A stretch of 64,000 nucleotides of DNA from a virus. A program made the translations under genes and the position numbers. The DNA lies in IMG/VR virus record IMGVR_UViG_3300025141_015556; one strand, 5' to 3'. This document shows positions 55,396 through 64,000 of this stretch, in pieces; the first letter of the stretch is position 1, and every line of letters starts with the position of its first letter. A model generated the notes under the pieces. That model was not told the DNA's origin and did no database searches. It saw only the letters and a list, made by a program, of their open reading frames with translations.

Positions 55396-55926
55396 CTATA
55401 GACAAATCCCCGAAAAAAACACGCCATTCTTGTCTCTTTCAGAAAGAATTGGGTTTGTAATTGCCCAATCAATATTCAATGTTGGATCGTCCCAAGCTAT
55501 TGTAACCTGTTCTTCTGGCCCCTTATAGTGTTCAGACCATTTATAATAAAAAACACATTTATCAGATAAACACAAATGTGCATTAACACAACCGGCTGGC
55601 ACTATTACCACCATCGGTTCATTATCAGAAATTAAATATGTTTCTACATTCCCATAGGTTCTTGAATCCTTACGGGTATCAACTATTGCCAATTGAAATT
55701 GGCCACTTAGGCACGTTATAAGCTTTGCTGTATGGGGGTCGCCATGAAAACCCCTAAGTACTCCAAATCTAGAAATAGTTATTTTATCGGCGACAAAATT
55801 TAAATCTGTATAATCGTCGGTATACACAGTCCAAATTTCTCCTCGATAATCTTTAAATGTATCGAGAGTAATGCTCTTCAGGCCATCAATTTTTGTTGAT
55901 TCAGTTACTGTCTTTATTATCTTCAT
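55396..55926 (-). CDS. rmlC: dTDP-4-dehydrorhamnose 3,5-epimerase family protein
   Basis: Motifs FKDYRG, GVLRGFHG, AIVD.R.DS.TYG, WDDP.LNIDW and PILSERD. Confidence 0.8.
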   Translation of the reverse strand: MKIIKTVTESTKIDGLKSITLDTFKDYRGEIWTVYTDDYTDLNFVADKITISRFGVLRGFHGDPHTAKLITCLSGQFQLAIVDTRKDSRTYGNVETYLISDNEPMVVIVPAGCVNAHLCLSDKCVFYYKWSEHYKGPEEQVTIAWDDPTLNIDWAITNPILSERDKNGVFFSGICL

Positions 55927-56863
55927 ATAACACTTGTATCTTGTCGTATATGTCTTCGACGCTCAGCCCGTTGGTGTCAAGCAGGTGATCACGAGTGCCG
56001 TTTTCAAAAATATATCTTTCCGGCAGGCCAATTCTCAATACGCGTTTTTGTGAATTTAGGTCTGCCATAGTTTCACAAATCGCTGAGCCAAACCCACCAA
56101 ACAAATTCTGTTCCTCGATGGTTACAACAGTGTCTTTATCACTCAACGCCGCTTCAAGTGCTTCGGTGTTAATGGGCTTAATCTTAAACAGATCGACCAC
56201 AGAAACATGTTTCCCTTCTGCAGTTAGTCGATTCGCAACATCTAGAGCGCGCCCCAGCATGTAGCCACTAGAAAGAATGCAAATTTTTGGGCCAGTGCCG
56301 GATCCATGTTTTATGGTCGTTAGGCCGCGGCTAAGAATATCTTCATTTACATCGAGCATGTGAAGCATTTGCGGATATGATCTTTCTAGCCTGATATATC
56401 TAAACCTTATAGGGTGTCGGCATGTTATTTCCACCAGCGCCTCCGCGGTAGCAGAGTTACACGGAGAATATATCTCAATATCACAGAGCGATCTCATGTA
56501 GGCTATATCTTCTGTGGGGCAGTGTGCTGGGCCGGCCGGAGTGTACCCCAGCGCTATGCCGTTTCCGAGTACCGTAATGGGATTGTTTGCCATCGCGCAG
56601 GAGTATCGAAGCTGCTCGAAACACCGAGCGGACCACGCCGCCATGTAATAAATGTAAACTTTTTTCCCAGTTGCTGACAAACCGGCGGCAAAATTTATCG
56701 CGTTCTGCTCTGATATGCCAGCTGCAAAGAACTGCTGTGGAAGTTCTTGGCGCCATCGATCCAATGAAGGGGCGCCCATATCAACAGATATTAAAATTAT
56801 ACTTTTATCTTTTTTCGCCTTTTCAAACAGAGCAGAAATAAAGGCGTCTCTCTGAGCTTTCAA
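55901..56863 (-). CDS. Transketolase C-terminal (pyrimidine-binding) subunit
   Basis: Motifs RDAF, GISEQNA, G.AH..TEDIA and TIEEQ...GGFGS. TTG start at 56863 with a GGAGG SD. Confidence 0.85.
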   Translation of the reverse strand: MKAQRDAFISALFEKAKKDKSIILISVDMGAPSLDRWRQELPQQFFAAGISEQNAINFAAGLSATGKKVYIYYMAAWSARCFEQLRYSCAMANNPITVLGNGIALGYTPAGPAHCPTEDIAYMRSLCDIEIYSPCNSATAEALVEITCRHPIRFRYIRLERSYPQMLHMLDVNEDILSRGLTTIKHGSGTGPKICILSSGYMLGRALDVANRLTAEGKHVSVVDLFKIKPINTEALEAALSDKDTVVTIEEQNLFGGFGSAICETMADLNSQKRVLRIGLPERYIFENGTRDHLLDTNGLSVEDIYDKIQVLYEDNKDSN

Positions 56864-57621
56864 CTTAATTCCTCCAGACCTATTCTTATTAACTCTTCTT
56901 CTTTGGGAATAATTGTATGATATTGCCAAACGTCTTCCATATAACTAACCCCTTTGCCTTTGATAGTGTTGGCTATAACCACCTGGGGGGTTGTGGCCTC
57001 TTTTGAAAAAACACTTCTTAGGTCGTCAAAGTTATGGCCATCGATTGTTACCGCGTCGAATCCAAAACTCTTAAACTTCTCTTCCAGCGGCTCTAATTTT
57101 AATAACTCTTCCGTCTTTCCTAAAATTCCCATCTTATTTCGATCAACAATTACGCGCAAATTGTTTATATTGTGATGAGCGATAAACATCAGGCTCTCCC
57201 AGATCGATCCTTCGTATAGTTCAGCATCTCCAACAACCACATAAACGTTTTTGCCGCTGCCATATGCCACGCCGGTTCCATAACCAAGACCATTCCCTAG
57301 CGAGCCGCCAACAAAATGACACCCTGGAATGGTGGAATCGGAATGCAAACGCAGTATTCCTTCGGGTGTGCAATATTTTTCTAGTTCTTCGGCACTATAA
57401 TACCCCAAGTCGGCTAAAATAGGGTATAAAGTGGGAGACCCGTGTCCCTTGCTGAACAACAAAATGTCCTTTTTGTGGTCAAACAAGGTATTTTCATCAA
57501 AATATAACGAAATTAATATGTCCACACTGGACAAACAGCTCGCCAAATGGCCCGCTTTTGCCCTTGTTTTGAACTCAAAAATCCTTTTTCTAACCGATTT
57601 TGCGGCTTTTTCCAAATCCAT
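56860..57621 (-). CDS. Transketolase N-terminal (TPP-binding) subunit
   Basis: Motifs GHLASCLS, SKGH, GSLGNG, GDAELYEGSIWE and TIKGKG. Confidence 0.9.
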   Translation of the reverse strand: MDLEKAAKSVRKRIFEFKTRAKAGHLASCLSSVDILISLYFDENTLFDHKKDILLFSKGHGSPTLYPILADLGYYSAEELEKYCTPEGILRLHSDSTIPGCHFVGGSLGNGLGYGTGVAYGSGKNVYVVVGDAELYEGSIWESLMFIAHHNINNLRVIVDRNKMGILGKTEELLKLEPLEEKFKSFGFDAVTIDGHNFDDLRSVFSKEATTPQVVIANTIKGKGVSYMEDVWQYHTIIPKEEELIRIGLEELS

Positions 57622-57627
57622 CGTTGT

Positions 57628-59178
57628 TTAATCCCCCAAAATTTGCCTTTTAAGGCGTATTTTTGTCATTTCTTCAATATTGCTACGAGCAACAGTACCA
57701 TACTTATTTTCAATTTTTTCCAAAAAGGGTGGATAAGAATGATACGTTATAAATGCCTCATCTCTAAACTTTAAAATTTCTTCTGGAGAAAGACTAAATG
57801 TTGGAAGCGGCTTTGTGTTGTAAGAATGAAAAGAGTAACCGGCATAATCATCTGGTAGCTCCACTCCGGACGTCCTGGCATCTTTGTATAATTGACTTCC
57901 CGGAAGTGCCATGGCGGCATACATATTCCATGCCAACGTGTTCAATTCCAGGCTTAAGTCTAGTGTCTTCTGCATTGTTTCGGGGGTGTCGCCCGGTAGG
58001 CCAACCAAATAATTAGCAATAATTTCAATATCGGAATCGTGAACCTTTTTAACCACATCTTGGATGTCTACATCTTGGAATTTGCCCTTGGTGACCTCTA
58101 GACGAACTTTGCGGTCTGCGGATTCAATACCCAAACAAAGCCACTTAATTCCCGCTTCTCTAACTAGCTTTAGGTTCTCGGGATCACGGATGGTGTCAAT
58201 TCGAGAATACGCCCACATGCTTAATTTCTCACCATAGCCGCGCTCCTTCAAAAGTTTACAGAGCGGAATATAATATCTCTTATTTAACAGGAACATTTCA
58301 TCGCTAATTCTTAATGTTTCAACCCCCATATCGACAAGCTTATCAAATTCTTTGATTATAAACTCCGGAGACCAAAATCTCATTTTAGAATAATTTGACG
58401 CAACCCCAATAGGATCATTATCGCTTCTATTAATAATGTTAATCATACAAAAACTACAATTGAACTGACAGCCCAGAGAGGTATAAATGGCAGCAAATGG
58501 AGTTCTTCTTTCGTGTTGATACTCCGCATGCCAAAAATGAGCACGATACAAATCCAAGGGCTCTTTATCATACGGTAAAAGATCCCAAGCATAGCCGGGA
58601 AGGTCTTCGTCCATCCTGTCTTGTGGAACAATCACTTCTGGGTCTGTCAAAAACGCTTTCCCGTTTTTTCTAAAGCCAATACCCTTAATGTGCGCAAGCT
58701 GGTCAAGGTTGCTTAAATCAAAATTTTGCGATAACAGGTTTCGAAGCGCATAAACACCCTCATTTGTAAAAGCAATGTCTATGGAATCCTCTGTATCGAG
58801 CACCTCATAGGGGAGTGCTTGAACGTGCGAACCTAGCAGCCCAATAGGAACGTCAACACCCGACTCTTTAAGAGCCGTCGCAGCTTTAATTGTACCACTC
58901 ATATTAACAGTCCCAGAATTAGGATTCTGCCCATAAACCACAAAACAAACCAATCGAGGGTTAAGTTCTCTTATCCGATTGACAACTTGTTGGCTTGTTA
59001 TCCTTTCTGCCAGCATGTCTAATATAGCCACGCTATATCCAACCGACCGGCACGATTCTGCCAACAGCAGCGACCACGTTGGCGTTTCAACCGCCGAATA
59101 ATCATCTGCCAACCCCTGGTATATTTCTTTAGAATTACCAGGATTGACAAACACAACATCTAATTTCTTCATTTTCAC
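57628..59178 (-). CDS. Cobalamin-dependent (class B) radical SAM protein
   Basis: N-terminal B12-binding domain (GSHVQALP), CxxxCxxC motif GCQFNCSFC, GIES and GLPGDT. Confidence 0.88.
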   Translation of the reverse strand: MKMKKLDVVFVNPGNSKEIYQGLADDYSAVETPTWSLLLAESCRSVGYSVAILDMLAERITSQQVVNRIRELNPRLVCFVVYGQNPNSGTVNMSGTIKAATALKESGVDVPIGLLGSHVQALPYEVLDTEDSIDIAFTNEGVYALRNLLSQNFDLSNLDQLAHIKGIGFRKNGKAFLTDPEVIVPQDRMDEDLPGYAWDLLPYDKEPLDLYRAHFWHAEYQHERRTPFAAIYTSLGCQFNCSFCMINIINRSDNDPIGVASNYSKMRFWSPEFIIKEFDKLVDMGVETLRISDEMFLLNKRYYIPLCKLLKERGYGEKLSMWAYSRIDTIRDPENLKLVREAGIKWLCLGIESADRKVRLEVTKGKFQDVDIQDVVKKVHDSDIEIIANYLVGLPGDTPETMQKTLDLSLELNTLAWNMYAAMALPGSQLYKDARTSGVELPDDYAGYSFHSYNTKPLPTFSLSPEEILKFRDEAFITYHSYPPFLEKIENKYGTVARSNIEEMTKIRLKRQILGD

Positions 59179-59181
59179 CTC

Positions 59182-60111
59182 TCAATAATTAGCATACCAC
59201 GGAGCTTTAATTATATCATATGCCTTAACCAATTGTTGAATTCCCAAATCTAAATCGTTTTCACACTTAAACCCCATAGAATAGAATTTTTCACTACTCA
59301 CAATGTAATCGCGTTTATCTAAGTCCTCTGTGAACTCTGCCCTTATAATCTCCAAAGGAATATGTTTTTGGATTGTCTCCGCTAGCTGCAGCTTGTTCAT
59401 ATTCAATGAATCGTTACCTACATTATAAGTTTCATTCTTACACTTCTCCCAGTTGTCAATCACAAATCTGAACGATCGACATATATCATGTAGGTGTACA
59501 TAGTTTCTCATAAATTCACATTCGTAAAGCACCAGCACCTTTTCATCAAGTGCCTTCAAAACAAAGTTGTTCACCAACAAATCGGTTCTCATCCTAGAAG
59601 AGGGCCCAAACACCGTGGCCAACCTAAACGTAATATGGTTTTCAACATTTCTATACTCTTGCTCTCCCGCAACTTTAGTTTTACCATAAAGAGAGATAGG
59701 ATTTAAGGGGGACTCTTCCGTGCAAAAACTGCCCCTTTCCCCGACACCGTAGCCGGAATTTGTACAGGGGTAGATAACCATTTGATCTTTTGATTTATTT
59801 TTCGCTATCCGTGCATTAACTTCATGATTGATCTCTTTTGCCTCTTCCGGATTATCACGGCAAAGCGGAAAGCCGACCAGCGCCGCTAGCGGTATTATAA
59901 TATCAGCATCGGCGAGACAAGAATTTAATAGTTTGCGATTCCTTACGTCCCCTTTTATAAATTTAAATTTTGGGTGCGAAATGTATCTCAACAAAGACGT
60001 CGTATCATACATTAATGTATCTAAACAACTGACCTCATGACCATCCCTAAGTAGATAATCCGTTAATTCGCTCCCAATGTAGCCGGCGCCACCTGTAATC
60101 AAAACCCTCAT
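59182..60111 (-). CDS. NAD-dependent nucleotide-sugar epimerase/dehydratase
   Basis: Motifs TGGAGYIG, YGKTK and RLATVFG. Confidence 0.9.
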   Translation of the reverse strand: MRVLITGGAGYIGSELTDYLLRDGHEVSCLDTLMYDTTSLLRYISHPKFKFIKGDVRNRKLLNSCLADADIIIPLAALVGFPLCRDNPEEAKEINHEVNARIAKNKSKDQMVIYPCTNSGYGVGERGSFCTEESPLNPISLYGKTKVAGEQEYRNVENHITFRLATVFGPSSRMRTDLLVNNFVLKALDEKVLVLYECEFMRNYVHLHDICRSFRFVIDNWEKCKNETYNVGNDSLNMNKLQLAETIQKHIPLEIIRAEFTEDLDKRDYIVSSEKFYSMGFKCENDLDLGIQQLVKAYDIIKAPWYANY

Positions 60112-60112
60112 T

Positions 60113-60412
60113 TTACCACTCTATCTTCCCCGTTAATATGTCTTTTAACATAACCCAGTCACAAACCTTGGCCCACAACGGCTTTGACCAAGCCGCGGGC
60201 GTACTCTTCTCAAAAAACAAGTGGCCAGCCCAAGCAAAAGGATAAACCACAAACGGTGCCGCTAAAAGCAGAAGCCATTTTTGTGCTACAATTGCATATA
60301 CTAGTGTGAGCACAGTTGCCAGTTGCCCCAACACGTGTAATCTACGATTATTCCTATTCGTATGCAAAAGAAGATAATATTCGTAATATCTCCAAAATTC
60401 TAATTTATCCAT
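60113..60412 (-). CDS. DUF962 (Mpo1-like) membrane protein
   Basis: YL..H....NRRLHVLG...YPFAWAGHLFFEK..PA. Confidence 0.75.
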   Translation of the reverse strand: MDKLEFWRYYEYYLLLHTNRNNRRLHVLGQLATVLTLVYAIVAQKWLLLLAAPFVVYPFAWAGHLFFEKSTPAAWSKPLWAKVCDWVMLKDILTGKIEW

Positions 60413-60809
60413 CCCAGCTTATCTCCCAGTCTTTAAACTCCGCTGCCAAACAATCAATTTTATAATCTTTTCTACCGCCGGCAACTTCTTGAATTTTGTT
60501 TTTTGCTGTGTTTCTAATTCCATTAAGGCCGTGAGTAAGTTCAAGATTATTACCATCCTTAATGCCTTTTCGATAGTTTGATTCGTTATGCCAAATATGC
60601 AAATTCATTTGTGACAATACAACAACCGATCTAATCAATTTGGCATCAACCGAACCACAGTCCGGGAGCAATAAGTCTATATCATGACAAATATCATTTA
60701 TTTCCTGCGCATACTGCTCCTTGTTCTCGGACAAAAACACTTCCTTAAGCTGCACAATAGACAATCTATCTATCAACTCAGACAACGTGGGCAAATATTT
60801 CCTACTCAT
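60405..60809 (-). CDS. DUF4254-like helical protein
   Basis: LSELIDRLSIVQLKE...N..IWH.E...N..RN..K..I. Confidence 0.55.
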   Translation of the reverse strand: MSRKYLPTLSELIDRLSIVQLKEVFLSENKEQYAQEINDICHDIDLLLPDCGSVDAKLIRSVVVLSQMNLHIWHNESNYRKGIKDGNNLELTHGLNGIRNTAKNKIQEVAGGRKDYKIDCLAAEFKDWEISWDG

Positions 60810-61719
60810 TCTTTTCCACCGCTATCGCCTGCACAATACCATCAGCCAAACGATCATCAACATTGGTATACTTTTTGGCAATTTCATAATTCTCTTCCAC
60901 ATATTCTAACATCTCACGATATTTTTTTTCAGTTAAGCTGTCGAGAATCTCAAACAGCTCGGGGCCGGTCTTAAAACTTAAAATTCCACGAGCATTAAAG
61001 TAATCTCCTATATTTTCACATCCCCAAAATATAGGAATTGTCCCGCATCGAAACGTATCAACAAGCGTCTCAGTAAAATAATTATCATGCTTTGCGTTCA
61101 TAACGGTAATACTAAAACAATAATCACTTAATGGAGTTCTCTTATCATCAAACGGCTTGTAGGCCGAACCCCATAAATCTACTTCAATCTTGCCCTGAAT
61201 CGACTCAGCAATAATATGCCTGAGCTTGTGGCCGCGGCACCAACTTTTATCTGATATAATGTGAGACACTAGCTTCGTTTTGTCGTATACTTTTGCGTTC
61301 TCGTCTTCAATCCAGGTGGTGCCGACTCCTTCAATCTTTATATACTTATCGCCGCGGTTCAACAATTCCTTGTCGTGGGTAAATATAAAGTCAAACTTGT
61401 TTTCAACCTGTCCGATCCACTCATATGCAAACGGGTGAACAGTTCGGCATTCGTTCACAAAAGCAATTTTATATTTGCTTTTTACACTATCAACGTATGG
61501 AGAAAAAAAGTCCTTGTCTGTAAAGACCGTTGCCAAGGTTTCCTCCTCTGGGGGTTGCGCGGGTGAGACCGCACAATCTTGAATGCCCCCTAAATACTGC
61601 CACTGAACCTTTTTCGGCGTACAGGCGGCGCCAGTTAGGCTCCAAAGATCGTTCTTATAGCATTTGGTGGTCATCAAGCTATCGTATAAATTAATTTTCA
61701 TTTTATCTTCTTGCGTCAT
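60802..61719 (-). CDS. Glycosyltransferase, GT10 (fucosyltransferase)-like
   Basis: K...L.DY.FSI..MN....NYFTE...D.F..GTIPIFWG. Confidence 0.65.
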   Translation of the reverse strand: MTQEDKMKINLYDSLMTTKCYKNDLWSLTGAACTPKKVQWQYLGGIQDCAVSPAQPPEEETLATVFTDKDFFSPYVDSVKSKYKIAFVNECRTVHPFAYEWIGQVENKFDFIFTHDKELLNRGDKYIKIEGVGTTWIEDENAKVYDKTKLVSHIISDKSWCRGHKLRHIIAESIQGKIEVDLWGSAYKPFDDKRTPLSDYCFSITVMNAKHDNYFTETLVDTFRCGTIPIFWGCENIGDYFNARGILSFKTGPELFEILDSLTEKKYREMLEYVEENYEIAKKYTNVDDRLADGIVQAIAVEKNE

Positions 61720-62699
61720 TATCCGCTCGTCTCCTCATAATCGAGTAAGTATTTGTTGAAAAGATCAGAATTTTTATTTTTCAACACGCCGTCCACTTGC
61801 ATTAAAAACTCTTTAGTGCACTCTTCTGAGTGTTTAACCTTGCGGCCATAGCTGCATGCTATGTGGCCCTGTGCTTTATACCTGTTTATAGACGCGTCCT
61901 TGTGATATTCTATATCATCAACAATTTTATCCAAATTATCTCTAAAGCGGCTTGTTTGTACAGAAGATGCCAACGCGTTCTCCCCCATAAAATTAATCAC
62001 CCTATTTAATTCAGGAAAAGGATCCCGAATAAAATCTTCATATTTGATCAATAGGGCCTTGTTTGAATTTGTTTTAGAAACTTTATCGTGATATTCCAAA
62101 AGTTCATAATATCGTTTCAATTGATAACTAAAATGAAAATGATGAAGAAAAGTGCCAGAAAGAATCGCTTCTAGGCCGGGCCCTTTTTTCTCTGTGGGGT
62201 TCTCTTCTATGGTTGGATAGCCAGTTAATAAAAAATCTTTTAAGCGCTGTTCTGCTTTCAGTTCAGTATACAATTTCTGAAATTGGGGATTCGATACCCA
62301 AGCCGGCCCTTTCGTCAATGACGCCGAATTACTGAGCCGTTCGCCAGATTCTGTCACCAACGCGGGCCTCTCGTCAGCGGGGAAAAATTTTTCCAGATAT
62401 TCCCAAAGGCGCCAAACTATCGCCGATGGCTCTTTTATATAAGTATTCTTTAGCTCGCTAAAGATAGCTTCTTTATAATTTCTTAACAATAAAATACTCT
62501 TCACATCAAAATTGTTTTCAAGGGTCCAAAGGTCGTTATCATAATTGTGAGAGTGGTACAAAGGATATTCCGCTTCTATGTCTGTTTCAGCAATAAACGC
62601 AAAACAATAACGAAACCAGTTAGACCCAGAACGAGGATAAGATAAACAATACATCACATCTTGACTCGGGTGGTCAATTACTTTTACTTTTTTATTCAT
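61719..62699 (-). CDS. Sulfotransferase-family protein
   Basis: 5'-PSB loop SYPRSGSNWFR, 3'-PB motif LLLRNYKEAIFS, and IKYEDF..DP. Confidence 0.7.
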   Translation of the reverse strand: MNKKVKVIDHPSQDVMYCLSYPRSGSNWFRYCFAFIAETDIEAEYPLYHSHNYDNDLWTLENNFDVKSILLLRNYKEAIFSELKNTYIKEPSAIVWRLWEYLEKFFPADERPALVTESGERLSNSASLTKGPAWVSNPQFQKLYTELKAEQRLKDFLLTGYPTIEENPTEKKGPGLEAILSGTFLHHFHFSYQLKRYYELLEYHDKVSKTNSNKALLIKYEDFIRDPFPELNRVINFMGENALASSVQTSRFRDNLDKIVDDIEYHKDASINRYKAQGHIACSYGRKVKHSEECTKEFLMQVDGVLKNKNSDLFNKYLLDYEETSG

Positions 62700-63043
62700 T
62701 AGTCGCCCTTTTTAATACGATAGCTGTCTTCATCAAAATGCTGTGTTGAAAATTCAAATAACTCTGTGTCCTGTAGGGCATACATCTGATGTCTAAGACC
62801 TCGATAAACATGGAAAGTGTCACCAGGATCTAATATTTTTTCCTTGGCGCCATTAAGATCGTCTCGATCCGAATATTTGACTAATAATTTGCCAGATTGT
62901 ACATAAAACACCTCGTCCTTGAGCTTATGATAGTGCCACGAACATCGTTTACCTTTCACAAAATATAGCAATTTACCACAATATTCTTCGCAGTTAACAA
63001 TCCATTTTTCAAATCCCCACCCCTTGGAGACAAAATTTACCAT
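62699..63043 (-). CDS. Cupin (mannose-6-phosphate isomerase/lyxose isomerase-like)
   Basis: Motifs KGWG.E.W, CSWHYH..KDE.F and H....H. Confidence 0.8.
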   Translation of the reverse strand: MVNFVSKGWGFEKWIVNCEEYCGKLLYFVKGKRCSWHYHKLKDEVFYVQSGKLLVKYSDRDDLNGAKEKILDPGDTFHVYRGLRHQMYALQDTELFEFSTQHFDEDSYRIKKGD

Positions 63044-63852
63044 ACTGACTTTCCTCCGTCGATAACGAGGTTTTCTCCAGTCATGTACGTGCTGGCATCA
63101 GAGCATAAAAATACAATCGCTCCCTTATATTCATCAATATCTGCCATTCTACCCATTGGGATTATGTTAGAAAGCTTTTTAACAAACTCTTCAGGATGAT
63201 TATTATATACTCCCGTGGGGCTTAGACTGTTTACTCGAATATTTTTCTGAGCGAAATATACAGCAAGATATTTTGTCATTCCAATAATTGCCCATTTGGC
63301 TGCGGAATATGTAATAGGCTTTACATTCTGTTCTTCCTCGGATAGTCCCTCTTTCCTGTAAAGTCTTTGATCGGGAGCAATAACCCCCAAATCTGATGAT
63401 ATGTTTAATATGACACCTCCTCCGTTTTCTAGCATTTTGTTAGAAACTGCTTGAGAGCAAAAAAATGTACCATTCATAGCAGCGTCGACACCCTGAAACC
63501 AGTACGCTGGGGTCATAGTCTCAAACCGACTGTCGGGAGTTAGGCCTGCTTCTTTCTTTACTTTTGGATCCTTTGCGGCATTGTTAATTAATATATCAAT
63601 TTTATCACAAAGTTCCACCACTGCTTTAACCGATCGAGGATCTGTTACGTCCATATGATAAGCAGCTGCTGATCCTTCGCCATATTTATCATTCAATTGT
63701 CGAGCCTTTTCTTCAGCCCGATCTAGATGATGATCTGTTAAGATTACGGTTCCCCCGTACTCGACAATTGCCTCTGCATGTTTAGGGCCGAGCAAACCGC
63801 CAGCACCAGTAATTAATGCCACTTTGCCGGTTAAATCAAATAGGTTTTTCAT
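63037..63852 (-). CDS. Short-chain dehydrogenase/reductase
   Basis: Motifs TGAGGLLG, NNAA and YSAAK. True start MKNLF (63852) follows a GGAGG SD. Confidence 0.9.
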   Translation of the reverse strand: MKNLFDLTGKVALITGAGGLLGPKHAEAIVEYGGTVILTDHHLDRAEEKARQLNDKYGEGSAAAYHMDVTDPRSVKAVVELCDKIDILINNAAKDPKVKKEAGLTPDSRFETMTPAYWFQGVDAAMNGTFFCSQAVSNKMLENGGGVILNISSDLGVIAPDQRLYRKEGLSEEEQNVKPITYSAAKWAIIGMTKYLAVYFAQKNIRVNSLSPTGVYNNHPEEFVKKLSNIIPMGRMADIDEYKGAIVFLCSDASTYMTGENLVIDGGKSVW

Positions 63853-64000
63853 TGTATAAAGCCTCCATAATTCGTTTATGTTCCTTAATTGTTGTTGTCT
63901 CATTACCGAACTCGCCCCTGGCAGTTTGTAATGTGTATAGCCCATTATACCTGTTTTTTTTCAAAAAGTGAAATATTTGTTTGAAGTTTGTGTCGCCCGT
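63836..64000 (-). CDS. C-terminal fragment of a sugar-phosphate isomerase/epimerase (xylose isomerase-like TIM barrel); 5' end lies outside the window
   Basis: Frame reads TGDTNFKQIFHFLKKNRYNGLYTLQTARG...EKPI*. Confidence 0.55.
   Translation of the reverse strand, partial: TGDTNFKQIFHFLKKNRYNGLYTLQTARGEFGNETTTIKEHKRIMEALYNEKPI

Noticed and set aside
55901-57621. Transketolase as a pentose-phosphate auxiliary metabolic gene
   Set aside because: The split short form embedded among NDP-sugar genes fits glycan biosynthesis better.
4-61566. The many plus-strand ORFs and nested minus-strand alternative-frame ORFs in the track (e.g. 20108..20953, 54122..54628)
   Set aside because: They lie antisense to or inside well-supported, tightly packed minus-strand genes and show no recognisable motifs. 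They are treated as shadow ORFs.
1-64000. Stop-codon reassignment, as seen in some jumbo phages
   Set aside because: Genes are full length under code 11, and TAG, TGA and TAA all end genes directly before the next start (e.g. TAG-ATG at 1006/1005).
1-64000. tRNA, rRNA, CRISPR array, integrase or IS element, Rho-independent terminators
   Set aside because: Intergenic gaps are at most about 55 nt, and none shows such structures or a convincing hairpin plus U-tract.

Overview
A 64-kb fragment of a large, distantly T4-like tailed phage (probably a jumbo myovirus). Every credible gene is on the minus strand, genes are tightly packed, and the standard genetic code applies. In transcription order (right to left): (1) A ~12-kb cluster for nucleotide-sugar synthesis and glycan decoration at 51.7-64 kb: TIM-barrel isomerase, SDR, cupin, sulfotransferase, GT10-like transferase, epimerase, B12 radical SAM, split transketolase, RmlC-like epimerase, methyltransferase, His-type 3-dehydratase, and split HldE plus a HAD phosphatase. 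(2) A gp55-like late sigma factor. (3) A long baseplate/tail block: split gp5 with an M23 peptidase, gp25, gp6, a 3103-aa LamG-containing gp7-like protein and several Ser/Thr/Gly-rich proteins. (4) RuvC-like resolvase, primase and a fused Mre11-Rad50. (5) A holin/spanin-like cassette. (6) A head module with large terminase, portal, prohead protease and a phage ribosomal protein bS21. The most notable unannotated signals are a shared N-terminal leader (K-N-x-K-R-I-D-P-R-Y-F-L-x-E) on otherwise unrelated proteins beside the prohead protease, which looks like a capsid-targeting and cleavage signal; a CTAWTTA late-promoter candidate in five of the six longer intergenic gaps; a missed 16-aa Cys-Cys micropeptide coupled to a CxxC membrane protein; and a recurring [ST]-[GAS]-[ST] motif in virion proteins next to a complete glycan-building cluster, suggesting virion glycosylation. 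All family assignments come from recognising motifs by eye; no database searches were run.
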